DNA from: Azolla caroliniana
Lineage: Eukaryota > Plantae > Polypodiophyta
Assembly: GCA_043228905.1 (NCBI GenBank)
Contig: JBHGNT010000006.1
Span: 4,960,001-5,024,000 of the forward strand
Direction: 5' to 3'
DNA: 64,000 nt
A program made the translations under genes and the position numbers. Each line of letters starts with the position of its first letter. Position 1 is the first letter of the stretch. Shown here piece by piece: positions 23,881-36,199 of the stretch. The notes under the pieces were generated by a model. It worked only from the letters and a program-made list of their open reading frames with translations. It had not been told where the DNA came from and searched no databases.

Positions 23881-24181
23881 TGTTAGGTCGCAAACCCTGG
23901 ACCTACACTACCAAGTGTCAATACTTGAGAATAGGAGAGAGAAAGATAAGATGACAATAGAAGGTATAGAGAGAGAGCGAGAGAGCGAGAGAGCGAGAGA
24001 CAACACTAGAAATGGAAAGAGAGTTTATATTATAAGAGAGCAAGGATTACAAAGAGTAGGCTAAGGGGTTATAAACTGGTGTTGAACCGAATGAGTTGTG
24101 ATGAATGAATAGACACCTATTTATAGGTCCTTATGGAGTTTTAGAATGTTCTAGAATACTTTAGTTATTTATGATATTTAA

Positions 24182-27100
24182 TAAAGAAATATGAGAAAGC
24201 ACATTTGTTCAGTAATATACATTGGTAGGAGGGAGAAAAATACAGAGATCTCTTCTATTTACATAACTTTTAAACATTCTCAACACTCCCCCTCAAGATG
24301 GGCGAAAAATATCCACTAAGCCCATCTTGTCACACAATCTAGTAAGACTTACTGGCCCAAGTCCCTTTGTAAGACAATCTGCTACTTGATGTTCAGTAGA
24401 AACATGACTCAATTTTAATATTCCATTATCAAGCTTTTCCTTGATAAAGAACCTGTCGATTTCGATGTGTTTGGTCCTATCATGGTGTACCGGATTGTTG
24501 GCAATGTTGATTGTTGACTTATTGTCACACCACAACATCATCTGATTTTCTTGATTCACCTTTAGTTCTACTAGGAGAGTTCGCAACCATAACATCTCCA
24601 CAACCCCTATAGCAATAGCTCTATACTCTTCTTAGGCTGTTGACCTTGCTACTACTGACTGTTTCTTACTCTTCCAAGAGACCAGATTGCCTCCAACAAA
24701 CATGCAGTATCCTGATGTGGATTGCCTGTCATCAGCACAACTGGCCCAATTAGAATCACAATAGCCCTCAATGTTAAAATGACCATGTTTTCTGAAGATT
24801 AATCCCTTCCCTGGGCACCTTTGAGATATCTCAGAATATGGTACACTGCATCCATATGATCTTTCCTCGGATCATGCATGTAGCGACTTACCACACTTAC
24901 TGCAAATGAGATATCTGGACGGGTGTGGGTCAAATAAATCAGCCGACCTACCAATCTTTGATACCTTTCACGATCAACATTCTCTCCCGCAAGTTCAGTT
25001 AGCTTGATCTTTTGGTCGATTGGAGAAGCTACAAGCCTACAACCCAACATTCCAGTTTCTTTGAGAAGATCTAGTACATATTTCCGCTGAGATAGAATAA
25101 CTCCTTCTGCTCCACGAGCTACCTCAATTCCAAGAAAGTATCGTAGCAATCCTAGATCCTTCACCTTTACCCAATTGCATCTTCAATTGGGCAATTTCTC
25201 CTTCATCGTTACCCGTGATAATTATATCATCCACATACACATCAAGCAATGTAGTATGCTCCTTGTGTTGTCGAAAGAACACTGTATGGTCTGCATTCAT
25301 CTATTGGTATCCCATACCCACCATAGCCCTTCTTAACCTGTCGAACCAGGCTCGAGGAGATTGCTTCAGTTCATAATGCGACTTCCTAAGTTTGCAAACC
25401 TTACCTATTGTTTGAATTGTACCGAAACCTGGGGGAACATCCATGTACACTTCCTCCATCAACTCTCCATGAAGGAATGCATTTTTTACATCTAATTGAT
25501 GTAATTTCCCGTCCTTATTCACTACTAAGGAAATAAGTGTTCTAACAGTGCTCATCTTCGGGACAGGTGCAAAAGTCTCATCATAGTCAATGCCATATGT
25601 CTGACTATATCCTTTAGCCACCAATCATGCCTTGTATCGATCTATTTTTCCCTCTGGGGTCTGTTTTATTGTAAACACCCATTTGCACCCAACCGCCTTC
25701 TTTCTTGGTGGTAGTGACACAATCTCCCAAGTTTTGTTCTTCTCAAGAGCTCCGAGTTCTTCTTGCATGGCTGCTTTCCATTGTGGATCTTCTTTAGCAA
25801 CCTGCCAACACTTGGGTAAAGTGACAGAGTCTTATGATGCAATGAATGCTCTATGTGTAGCTGATATGTTAGAATAAGAGATAAACTGAGCAATATCATG
25901 AGGAAAACCATAAAGATCAGGAGGAACCCCTGCATTACTGCGAGAGGTCCTCCTAATCTTGATAGGAGAAGGAGAGGAAATCATATCACCTGTGATTTCT
26001 AGGTTCGGGAGTTCTGTAGGTATTTCAGAAGTCGAGGCAGGTCGGGACATGGAACTTGATGGCACATGTGGTGCTGAAGACGTGTTCACATTTATGTCTT
26101 TCTGCCTCCTCTTCCTTGTATACACCTTTAGCTCCCCCTCAGCTTGAGTCCCAACACATATAGGCTCCTCGTCTTCGTTTCCTTCTTCTTCTGTACCTCC
26201 TATGCTCACTTGTTTCTCAGCTGATGTTGGGATCAACAAAGGAATTGATCCTATTTTTAGCAACCTCTCACAATTATCTCCTTCCCTCATATTTTCAGTC
26301 TGAATTAAGTCATCAAAGGGTGAAGTTACCCCTTGTTTATAATATGGCTCTGACTCTCTGAAATGCACATCCGTGCTCACAAATAATCTCTTCTCTACTG
26401 GACTCCAACAAACATAGCCTTTTTGTGTGGTAGAGTATCCCACAAATACACATTTTACAGCTTTAGGATCAAGTTTTCCTACAGATGGTCTACTGTCCTT
26501 TACAAAACACACACATCCAAACACCTTCAAAGGAAGGATTCCAGAGTTATTGCCTTGCAACAACTCACATGGAGACTTCCACTCCAATACTCTAGAGGGC
26601 ATTCTATTGATCAATGTGGCAGCCGTCAAAACTGCCTGTCCCCACAACTGCTTTGGGATATTCATAGAAATCATCATGCTTCTCGTTACCTCTAGAAGAT
26701 GTCTATTTTTCCTCTCTACTACTCCATTTTGTTCGGGTGTATATGGGCATGTAGTTTGATGTTGTATTCCTTGATCTGAGAGGTATGGCCTAAATGTCAT
26801 GTTAGCATACTCTGTTCCATTATCAGACCTCAACACTTTTACTACTACACCATATTGAGTTTGAACTGCTCTATGAAAATCTTTAAAACAAGCAAATACT
26901 TCATTCTTTTTTCTCATCAAATATAACAAGGTCACACGAGAGAAGCAGTCAATGAAAGAGACAAAATATCGATATCCATTAATAGAACTTGTGGGACATG
27001 GTCCCCAAACATCGGAGTGTATTGCATCAAATGCATGGGAACTCCTATGACCTGAACTAGCATATGAACTTTTAGTAAGCTTACCAAATTCACATGCATC

Positions 27101-29171
27101 ACAAACAAGTTTTGTTTTATCTGCCTTTTCAAAAAGGTGTGGATACACCTGACTTAACATGCCATAAGAGGCATGTCCCATGCGTTGGTGGTGAAGTATT
27201 AACAAGTCCTCATAGCTCATTTTAGATCCCCTTACATCTATTCCCTCTACCATAGATGCTAATGCTGAATCCAGCCCTTCACGATCCAAATACCATAGTC
27301 CACTATGCCATGTGCTAGTCCCAAGTCTCCGACCTATCCCTTTCTCTTGGAATATCACCTTGGGAATATCAAAAGAAACAACACATTTTAGTTGGTGTAT
27401 GATAGAACTTATAGATAATAAGTTTACTGGGAAAGAAGGAGCATGCAACACATTAAACAATGTCATAGAGTCGGTACATTTTACTGTACCTATACCCACT
27501 ACAGGTTGTGTAGTACTGTCAGCAATTTGAATGCTTTCTGGCCGCATTGCTAAGTGAGTATACGAGGAGAATTCACTAGCATTACCCGTCACATGCCTAG
27601 ATGCAACAAAATCAATTATCCATTCTGGTGCAGAGGCAAGAGTATTTGTGTTGCTAGTACTTGTGGCCGAATAAGCATAGGTGGCAGTGTTACCTCTTGA
27701 CATGAATGAAGTATCATCTGCGGCTCTTTGATTCCTCCTAAGTATTTCTAAGAGAGCTTGATCCTCTTCAGTGAACACCACCTTAGTTCCTTCCTCTTCT
27801 TTTGCTACCATTAAGTTTGCTTGGTAACCTCCTCTTGCACCTCTTCGGCCCCCTCGACCACGACCTCTAGTTTGTCCACGTCCTCCATATTCTCTCTCCT
27901 TAGATGGTTTAGGGCAAGCATTCTTGAAATGACCAGCTTCATCACAATTATAGCATTTTCGATTTTCACTTCCGCTTGAATTTAACACCATTAGTGCCGA
28001 TCGCACCCCTGGAAGTCCGGTAGTGTCAGAGAACAGCTTCATTCTACTCTCCTCTTGTATCATAGTCGTGATTGCCTCATCAAGTGTAGGAATTTTAGCC
28101 TTGGCTAGAAGAACTGCCCTTCTTTGATCAAATGACGGGTTGAGATGTTTCAAAAATTGCATAGTTCTTCTTTGAGCAGAAATTTCCTTGCTCTTACACT
28201 GAGGATCATTGCACACTGTCACATGCGAGAAATGATCGTATTCTGCCCATAGGCGCTCCAGCTCTATGGCATATTCATGAATCATCCTATCTCCTTGGCA
28301 AACAACATCTATCTCCTGCTCGATTTGAAATACTCTCATGTTGTTTCCCCTCCCTACATACGTCTTTTGCAATTTCTCCCATATCTCCTTCACACTTAAA
28401 ATTCCATCAACTGTTGTGGCAATTGATGGAATCATGGAGTTGAGAAGCCACATGTACAATGACATGTGGGTAGCTCTCCATGCTTTCCATTCATTGCTCG
28501 TTTTGATAGGAGGCTCTTTCTCTTCTCCCGTAAGGTAGCCGTCAAGGCTTCTCCCTGCCAAGGCACCTATAATCCGACGCGACCAGCTCAAGTATGTGGC
28601 TGGTCCATCGAGTTTGAACTCAATTGGGAGGAGTTCAAGTCGGGGTGGTGGTTGTATTCCTGTCACACCTCCAGATGCTACAATCTCAGGTTGTTTCATG
28701 TATTTCACCAATGTTTTCACCTCATCTTCGTTCAATTTTGAGAACACATCATCCATCTTGTCAAGTTGGCCTATCTTTGCTTTCCTCTTCTGACTTTTTT
28801 CCCAAGTCACCTCTCAATCACATAGCAATGCCATCCCAAATGAAACAAAACAAAAAATCCCCCTTTCCTCTCTTGAATGCTAGGACAGTGTTGTTCCAAT
28901 CACTGTCATACCAGCAGAAGGGTAGATCTAGGGTTCTGCAGAGGACAGATCTAGGGTTTTGCAGAGGGGCGGATCTATGCTCTGATACCATAAAGAAATA
29001 TGAGAAAGCACATTTGTTCAGTAATATACATTGGTAGGAGGGAGAAAAATACAGAGATCTCTTCTATTTACATGAGGAGAAAGTCCCTCTTTATAAAGGC
29101 CAAGATTTGGCCGTTGGGCTAACTAGCTGTTGAAACTAACTAGCCGTTATAACTTTTAAACATTCTCAACA
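24182..29171 (-). mobile_element. Ty1/Copia (Ale-like, short LTR) element with TG..TA termini and TSD TTTAA
   Basis: 5' LTR 28991-29171, 3' LTR 24182-24285, TSD TTTAA at 24177-24181 and 29172-29176, tRNA-iMet PBS TGGTATCAGAGC at 28990-28979, PPT TGAGGGGGAG adjacent to the 3' LTR. Confidence 0.97.
24293..28810 (-). pseudogene. Copia gag-pol (gag, CCHC, PR, INT, RT, RNase H) with a premature stop and frameshifts in RT/RH
   Basis: 992-aa ORF (CYNCDEAGHFKNAC, WIIDFVASRHVT, IHSDVWGP, RSDNGTEY) ends at TAA 25832. Downstream fragments carry LHQLDVKNAFLHG, MKDLGLLRYFLGIEV and HDRTKHIEIDRFFIKE. Confidence 0.95.
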
Positions 29172-32100
29172 TTTAATATAATCATGGAATATCCTAGAAT
29201 GTTCTAGAATACTCTAAATATCTTGTAATAACTAATAATACATTTATTATACCTATACATCATATATGTTATTATAATGGTTAAAGGTCTAACATATACA
29301 CCAAGACGTCTTGGGATCAAACCCTTGTAAGGCCAAAATGTATGTCTTCATGAAATTATCCCCCCTTTTCGACGATGAGTTCCACGAGTCGGAAGACAAG
29401 ATTTCGGACTTGGCTTATGGGGATATTTGTTGTGAAACGCAGCAACCATTTCGGAGGCATTAGCAAGATTCTTGAGAGGTTCCCATGTTTGATCATTAGG
29501 TGTATAACCTAACCCGTCAACCAAATAATACAGTTTGTTGTGAACGATCTTGGAGTCGAGAATGGCAACAACGTCATATTCGGAGCCATCCGAAACTTCA
29601 ATTGGAGGTGGGGGAGATGTAAGACAGCCTAGAATAGAGCTGGTTGTGTACGGCTCCAAAAGTGAAACATGGAAGACCGGGTGAAAATGCATATGAGGGG
29701 GAAGATCAAGGTGAAATGCCACATCATTGATCTTACCAGATGTCACATATGGGCCAAAATGTTGATAATCCAATTTACAGCAAGATCGGTTGTTTTAATG
29801 CGACCTTGTAAAATCCATACTCGATCTCCCACTTGAAACGTAGTCGATGAATCACGTTGATGATAGTCGACAACCTTCTTTTGAGTGTTTTGAGCATCAC
29901 ATAAATGGTGCAAAAGGATATCTTGAACTTCTTGGAGTCGGGTGAGCCGATCTTCAACAATCGGGTTTGTGGGGAGTTTGGGATGTTCAAGCATAGTCCA
30001 ACGAGGATGGTACCCAATATTTGCAAAAAATGGGGCATATCCAATAGAAGAATGTTCTGAGTTGTTGTAATCAGATTCCGCCAAATGTAATAGATCAACC
30101 CAATCATCTTGTTGATAGTTGACAAAACAACGAAGATATTGTTCTACTATTTGGTTGGTGCACTTAGTATGTCTGTTAGTTTCTAGATGGTAGCTAGAAG
30201 AGAGTTTGCAAGAAGTATGTAAGAGTTTGAACATGTGCCGCCAAAATTTTGAGATGAACTGGGGACCCCGAACACTAATAATATCATCAGGAAGACCATG
30301 ATGCCGAAACACCTCTCGCATGAGTAACTCGGCTGTCTCTTGGCTCGTAATGGCCTTTGTGTAGGGAAGAAAATGTGCCATCTTGGTAAAACGATCTACT
30401 ACCATGAGGATAGAATCAAAACCCTTGGAAGGTGGTAGATCTGTAATGAAGTCCAATGATATAGATTTCCATGGACTCTCAGAAATAGGCATTGGCTGTA
30501 ATAAGCCATATGGATGATGTCGAGTTTTTTTGGATCGGCAACATGCATCACACCTACGAACATAATATGTAACAAAATGGCGAAGTCGTGGCCACCAATA
30601 CCTTCGAGAAATTAACGCCAAAGTCTTGTGGATGCTGAAATGTCAAGCCATTGGTGTGTCATGACATTGTTGCAAGACTTGGAGTCAAGAAGGACCATCA
30701 GGCACATATAAGAGATTTTGTCGAAAAAGTAAACCATCATACCAATTGAACGGGTTGTAGTCTCGACGAGGATTTTGAGATTGTGAACAAGAAGCACGAT
30801 CTGGGATAATATGGTTCAGAATATCTTGGGTGAATTCATCAGTCTCAATATGCTCCTGAATGGAGTCTAGAAGACTTGAATCCCCAGGTGTGTCTATAGC
30901 ATGAAATGCCATTAATCGTAGACGGTCAGGACCCAAGAGGATTTGATTCTGACTTTCAAATGCGGCCTCTCCTGGTTCAAGTTCCATATACGAACGCCGA
31001 GATAAAGCATCTGCTTTTCGTTGTTGCGTCCCAGGGCGATCTAAAATTACGATATCAAAACGAGTTAAGAATTGAGCCCAATGAGCTTGTCAACAACTCA
31101 AGACTCGAGCACTTTGGAAGTACGTTAGATTTTTGTGATCATTATAGACAACGATTTGTTGAGATGAACCCTCCAAAAAATGACACCATTGTTGAAAAGA
31201 ATCCACAATGGCAAGAAGCTCTTTGTCGTGAATCTCATAGCTGATACTGGTCGAAACTGCATTTCTCCAATTTTGCATGGAGACCATATTCACGCAACTG
31301 TTGCAAAGCTTGTCGAACGTGTATATCATGATCCTCTTGAGTTTTTGAGCCGATTAAGATATCATCCAGGTAAATTATGATGAAAATATCGAGGAAATCT
31401 CGAAAAATGTCATTCGCCATATGTTGGAAAACTGTTGGTGCATTCGTGAGACCAAATGGCATCACTGTATACTCAAAATGGCCATAGCGAGTACGGAAAG
31501 CAGTCTTCCATTCATCCCCAAGACGAATTAGAACAAGATTGTAATCACCTCGAAGATCTAACTTTGTGAAATACTTAGCTCCAATGAGGTGTTCCAGAAG
31601 GCTTGAAATCAATGGTAGAGCATATCGGTTTCGAATAGTTAATTTATTCAATCCTCGATAATCCACGACTAGACAAAGCAAAACATCTTTCTTCTTAACG
31701 AAAAATACGGGTGCGCCGACAGGAGATCTTGAATGCTGGATAAACCCATTCGCCAAGTTCTCATCGATATATTCCCGAAGAACCTCAGATAGCTCTGTGG
31801 GCGAAAGGTTATAAATCGGCCCCCATGGAGGCTCTTTTCCGGGCTGCAAATCAATTGGGCAATCATATGGTCAATGCTCTGGTAGTCTATTGGCTTTCAT
31901 CTTATCAAACACATCGGAGAATTCTATATATTTCTTCGGTAGTTGGACCCCCGATTATTGTGAGCTCGATGTGAGAGTTGCTAAAACTGCGAACACCAAC
32001 ATGTCTTCCTTCCATCCTTCCTCACGTAACTGATGTATAGAGATTGTCGAAATCTTTTGGAATGTCATATCCTTTGTTGGAGTTTTAAGAGACTCAGACT

Positions 32101-34168
32101 GTATTGTGACCTCTCCAATGGTTCTTTTTCTCCAATCAATAGTTGGGTTCTGTAGCTCAAACCATGGAAGACCAAGAACTAGGGAGTGCTCTAGACTACT
32201 AATGATGTTGAATGAGATGACACTAGCCAAATTGCCTAGGACTACATGAATTGGTTCAGACTCTTCAACTATATCACCTGATGCTATGGGGCGTCCATCA
32301 ATAACTCCGACAAACACTGGGCTTGGGAGCTTATGCAACTGAATATTATGCATTACAGTAAACTCACGATCCATGAAACAAGAGTTGGCTTCAGAGTCTA
32401 AGAGGGCAAAAGCTGGAACTCGATGGCACCTAGATGTGTTAAGCTCAACTTGCGTAGAGAAAACTCGACTAACTTGACCGGATGAAATGGAACCATAACT
32501 AGGGACGAACGTTACATGCCTAGGGTTGTCCAACCAAATGACTCCGATCTTGGTCGGACTTACTCGTTTAACACATCATCTAATTGGCTCAAGACATCAA
32601 ATGTATTTTTATGACAGGGACTACTAGGCCTACTTGGGTTACGAGAAGGCGGGGTAGAAATTGAGATGGGATTGTCGTGAGCACTTACTTGGTTAACTTG
32701 TCGTTGTGGTTTATGTGGACAATTCATAGCAATATGCCCTGGACCACCACAATAGAGGCATAGACGATTTGCTCACCATCGTTGCTTTTCAGCATCCGAT
32801 AATGGTCCTCTACATCGTGTTGTCTCGATTTCCATTGGAGTAGGGCCTTCCACCACACTTGACTTTGATACTTGGGGTCTATTGGTCGGAAGCGTAACAT
32901 TTGTTGGCGCTCAGAACGTTGCTCAAATAAGCAATTGTCACATTGCACAGCCCCGCTTACTGCTTCAGTAAGAGATTTTGGATCATCATGGAAGGTAAGA
33001 TGTAAATCCTTCACATCATTGCACAGACCTTAACGAAATTGGTCCATTAATGCCACCTCGTCCCATGGAATATCACATGCTAGAAGGAGAAAATCTGTAT
33101 CATAAGCGGAAGCAAGACGATCTCCTTGTCATAATTGCCGAATTTTGTTTATTGCGGTCCTCATACTATTAGTGTCTACAAAGTTGGCTTGGAACTCATT
33201 AATAAACCCTTCAAAATCTTCTAATAATGGTGAGTGCTTCTCTATGAGTGGTGCAAACCACACTAATGCGGTACCTGTTAACACGGTACCAACTAGTCCC
33301 ACATGAGCAACATCAGTTGGGTAACGACTAGGATGCAATTTAATCACAAGCCGTACCTGATTTAAAAATCCACGAAATTGAGACCTTGTACCATCAAACT
33401 TGGCCGGCAGACTAATCTTGGGTTCCTTCGACGAGGTTTGAACTTTCGCCACTCTTCGTTGCAATAGAGTAGTCTCCAACTGATGCACCCGTTGAGATAA
33501 TTCTTCATATTGTTGTACTTTCTTAGCACTTACTTGTTGTAGGTCTCCCAACAATCTTTGATTTTCATGCTCCAATGCCACGAATTTGGTTGTTAGCATG
33601 TCAAGCTCGAAGAGAACACACATATATTCTTGCTTGTTGACAAACTCCATAGTTGCGAGAGAAAATTGCTAGATTTGCTTGAATAAGGTTAAGATAAGAA
33701 GAAGAAGTTGGAGAAGACGAAAAGAGAGATATTCAGTGAGAGAAAGATAAGATGACAATAGAAGGTATAGAGAGAGAGAGCGAGAGACAACACTAGAAAC
33801 GGAAAGAGAGTTTATATTATAAGAGAGCAAGGATTACAAAGAGTAGGCTAAGGGGCTATAAACTGGTTTGAACCGAATGAGTTGTGATTAATGAATAGAC
33901 ACCTATTTATAGGTCCTTATGGAGTATTCTAGAATGTTCTAGAATATTTTAGATATTTATGATATTTAATATAATCATGGAATATCCTAGAATGTTTTGG
34001 AATACTCTAGAATGTTCTAGAATACTCTAAATATCTTGTAATAACTAATAATACATTTACTATAACTATACATCATATATGTTATTATAATGGTTAAAGG
34101 TCTAACATATAGACCAAGATGTCTTGGGCTCGAATCCTTGCAAGGCCAAAATGTATGTCTCTTTGACA

Positions 34169-34400
34169 GCAAGGAGAACTCCTCCAACCAATGTACCTCA
34201 GCCAAAACGGTAACTTTATCCTCCTCTGACAACATAAGGTCGATTGTCTCATCACACAAATGAGGCAAAAGATGGGTGGGTGCACCGGACTCCCCTGCTC
34301 ACGTATACGGGCCAACCGTAGATGAAGTATGCAGATGGACCACATTCGACCTCTTGTTCGTTGTTCGTGTTGGACCACATTCGACCTCTTGTTCGTGTTG
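34169..34400 (-). mobile_element. 5' part of the LINE ORF1 split by the Gypsy insertion
   Basis: LCDETIDLMLSEEDKVTVLAEVHWLEEFSL joins in frame to RSELQHIL at 23880. Small direct repeat ggaccacattcgacctcttgttcg x2 at 34337-34395. Confidence 0.55.
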
Positions 34401-35476
34401 GAACCACCTTAAACAATGCAAACGAAACAATTGTTTTTCATTAGTCATAGACTAGATGCATGTACTTGGACTAAAGTATTAGATTGGATCACATCTTTCT
34501 ACTTGCACAACTAGATTGACATTGAGTAGTTGCTTTCATACACGCAATGCACGATCATGCATTTTTGCTAGAATGCATTCGTTTGACCTTTTCTTTGTTG
34601 TTATGGAATTCACATATCGATGACACATGGTTTATGTCATGGGCAACTCACCTCTAAGCTTTAATGTTTGCTTTCTTTAATGTGATGATTTATAAAAACT
34701 ATAGTAGGATGGTTTACTTGGCGTTATGCTAACTATTGGATGTTTCAATTATGAAAACTAATTGTAGAGGCTCTTGATATTTACTTGAAGCAATTCTAAA
34801 TGACTTTAAGATCAAACTCCTCTTATCAATCTTGTCAAGGCTTTCTCAAATGGTAAATGTTTTTCTAGTCCTTGATTAAAAATGTGTGCTACAACTATTA
34901 AAACCACAAGCGCTTAAACTCTACACTACTAATTCGAATTACTTACCTTCTTTCATTTTGCAATATAAGATGTGTAGGTGTCAAATTGCCTTGTCTTATT
35001 TTCTGTAACATTTTGAGCTACAACTTAAACTAAATAAGATCTCTTCATTTACTGCAGATCATAATGTTAACCACTCTTGACTATACAAAAGATAAGGACG
35101 CCATTACTAGAGGCATGCTTCATGAATGGTATTAGCTAATTGTATCAACATTTGCATACTCATTTGCATCATCATAAATGCAAGGTCAGAGTTACAATGG
35201 CTATGGGATTTCACAGTCCACAGGCTGTACCAATGATATAAGAGATAATACATCAACAATTGTGCAGCAGCAAGTTCCAATTTCACACTCATATTAGCTA
35301 ATTGCATCATAATTCATCATATGCAAGCTTATGGGTTACAGTGACTAGGGAACTCAGAGTTCACAAAACAAAATGGTAACCCCACACCACAATCAGCATG
35401 GTATTTGATAATTATTTCAACAATGTATCAGGTACTTCATGTTATTAAAATGCAACATGATTTCCAACCCATGTCA

Positions 35477-35768
35477 CACTTTCGTGCTGCCAGTCCTATG
35501 TGTTACCACTAGTGACCAACCTTTTCTTCCCCAGACTAAATATTTTACAGTAACAGACATTTTTGCTCAAATCAAAAATTGAAAAATATAATAAGAGGGA
35601 ACTGCCACTGAGTTATGTTCACTTTTGTGCTGCCACTGTCCTATGCGGCACCACCAGTAATCAACCATTTCTTCCCCAGAATAAATCTTTCATAGAGTAA
35701 AGAGACATTTTGCTCAAATCAAAGATTGAAAGATATAATAAGAGGGAACTGCCACCGAGTTATGTTCA
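35477..35768. repeat. Diverged ~145-bp tandem duplication downstream of ATAD3
   Basis: cttt.gtgctgcca...ttcttccccaga...tttgctcaaatcaaa.attgaaa.atataataagaggg..ctgccac.gagttatgttca occurs twice. Confidence 0.85.
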
Positions 35769-36199
35769 ATTGGCAATTTCCTGCACTATCTCATGAACAG
35801 ATCATCTATTCATGGCAATTAGCTAAGCATGGGTATATCATTGCTTGAAAAGAAAACAAGAGGTTAGCCAGCCCATCCCTAGTATTCTTCCGTTAAGAAC
35901 ATTACATATCTTGATAGGATCAAGAAAATTATTAAACCACTGTTCTGGAATTTCTATATAAAAAGCGCATAGCCCACAACACTCAAGAGAAACACGACAA
36001 TGGGCAGAACACTATTGAATGCCTCCCTCTCCCTATATAAGATGTAGGGAGGAAAAACTTGCGCATTGGAGGACCAAAATGAATATGCCGAATCATCATC
36101 CATAAGAGGGCCGAACTGGCATTATAAGAGTCTGTCACCTTTCATGAAAATAAAGGTAACAGAAAGTATATGCAATCATGAAATAAGTCCGAGCACAGC

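Larger units (their letters stand above)
23881..34168 (-). mobile_element. Ty3/Gypsy chromovirus (Tcn1-like), degenerate, with a Copia nested in its 3' LTR
   Basis: gag 33650-33129 (EPKISLPAKFDGTRSQFRGFLNQ), protease ALLDSEANSCF, RT (KTAFRTRYGHFEYTVMPFGLTNAP, YLDDIL), RNase H DKELLAI, integrase (HX..CDAC, SLDFITDLP), chromodomain (EYDVVAILDSK). 3' LTR 23881-24181 plus 29177-~29355; PPT AAAAGGGGGG next to it; 5' LTR ~33739-34168. Confidence 0.95.
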
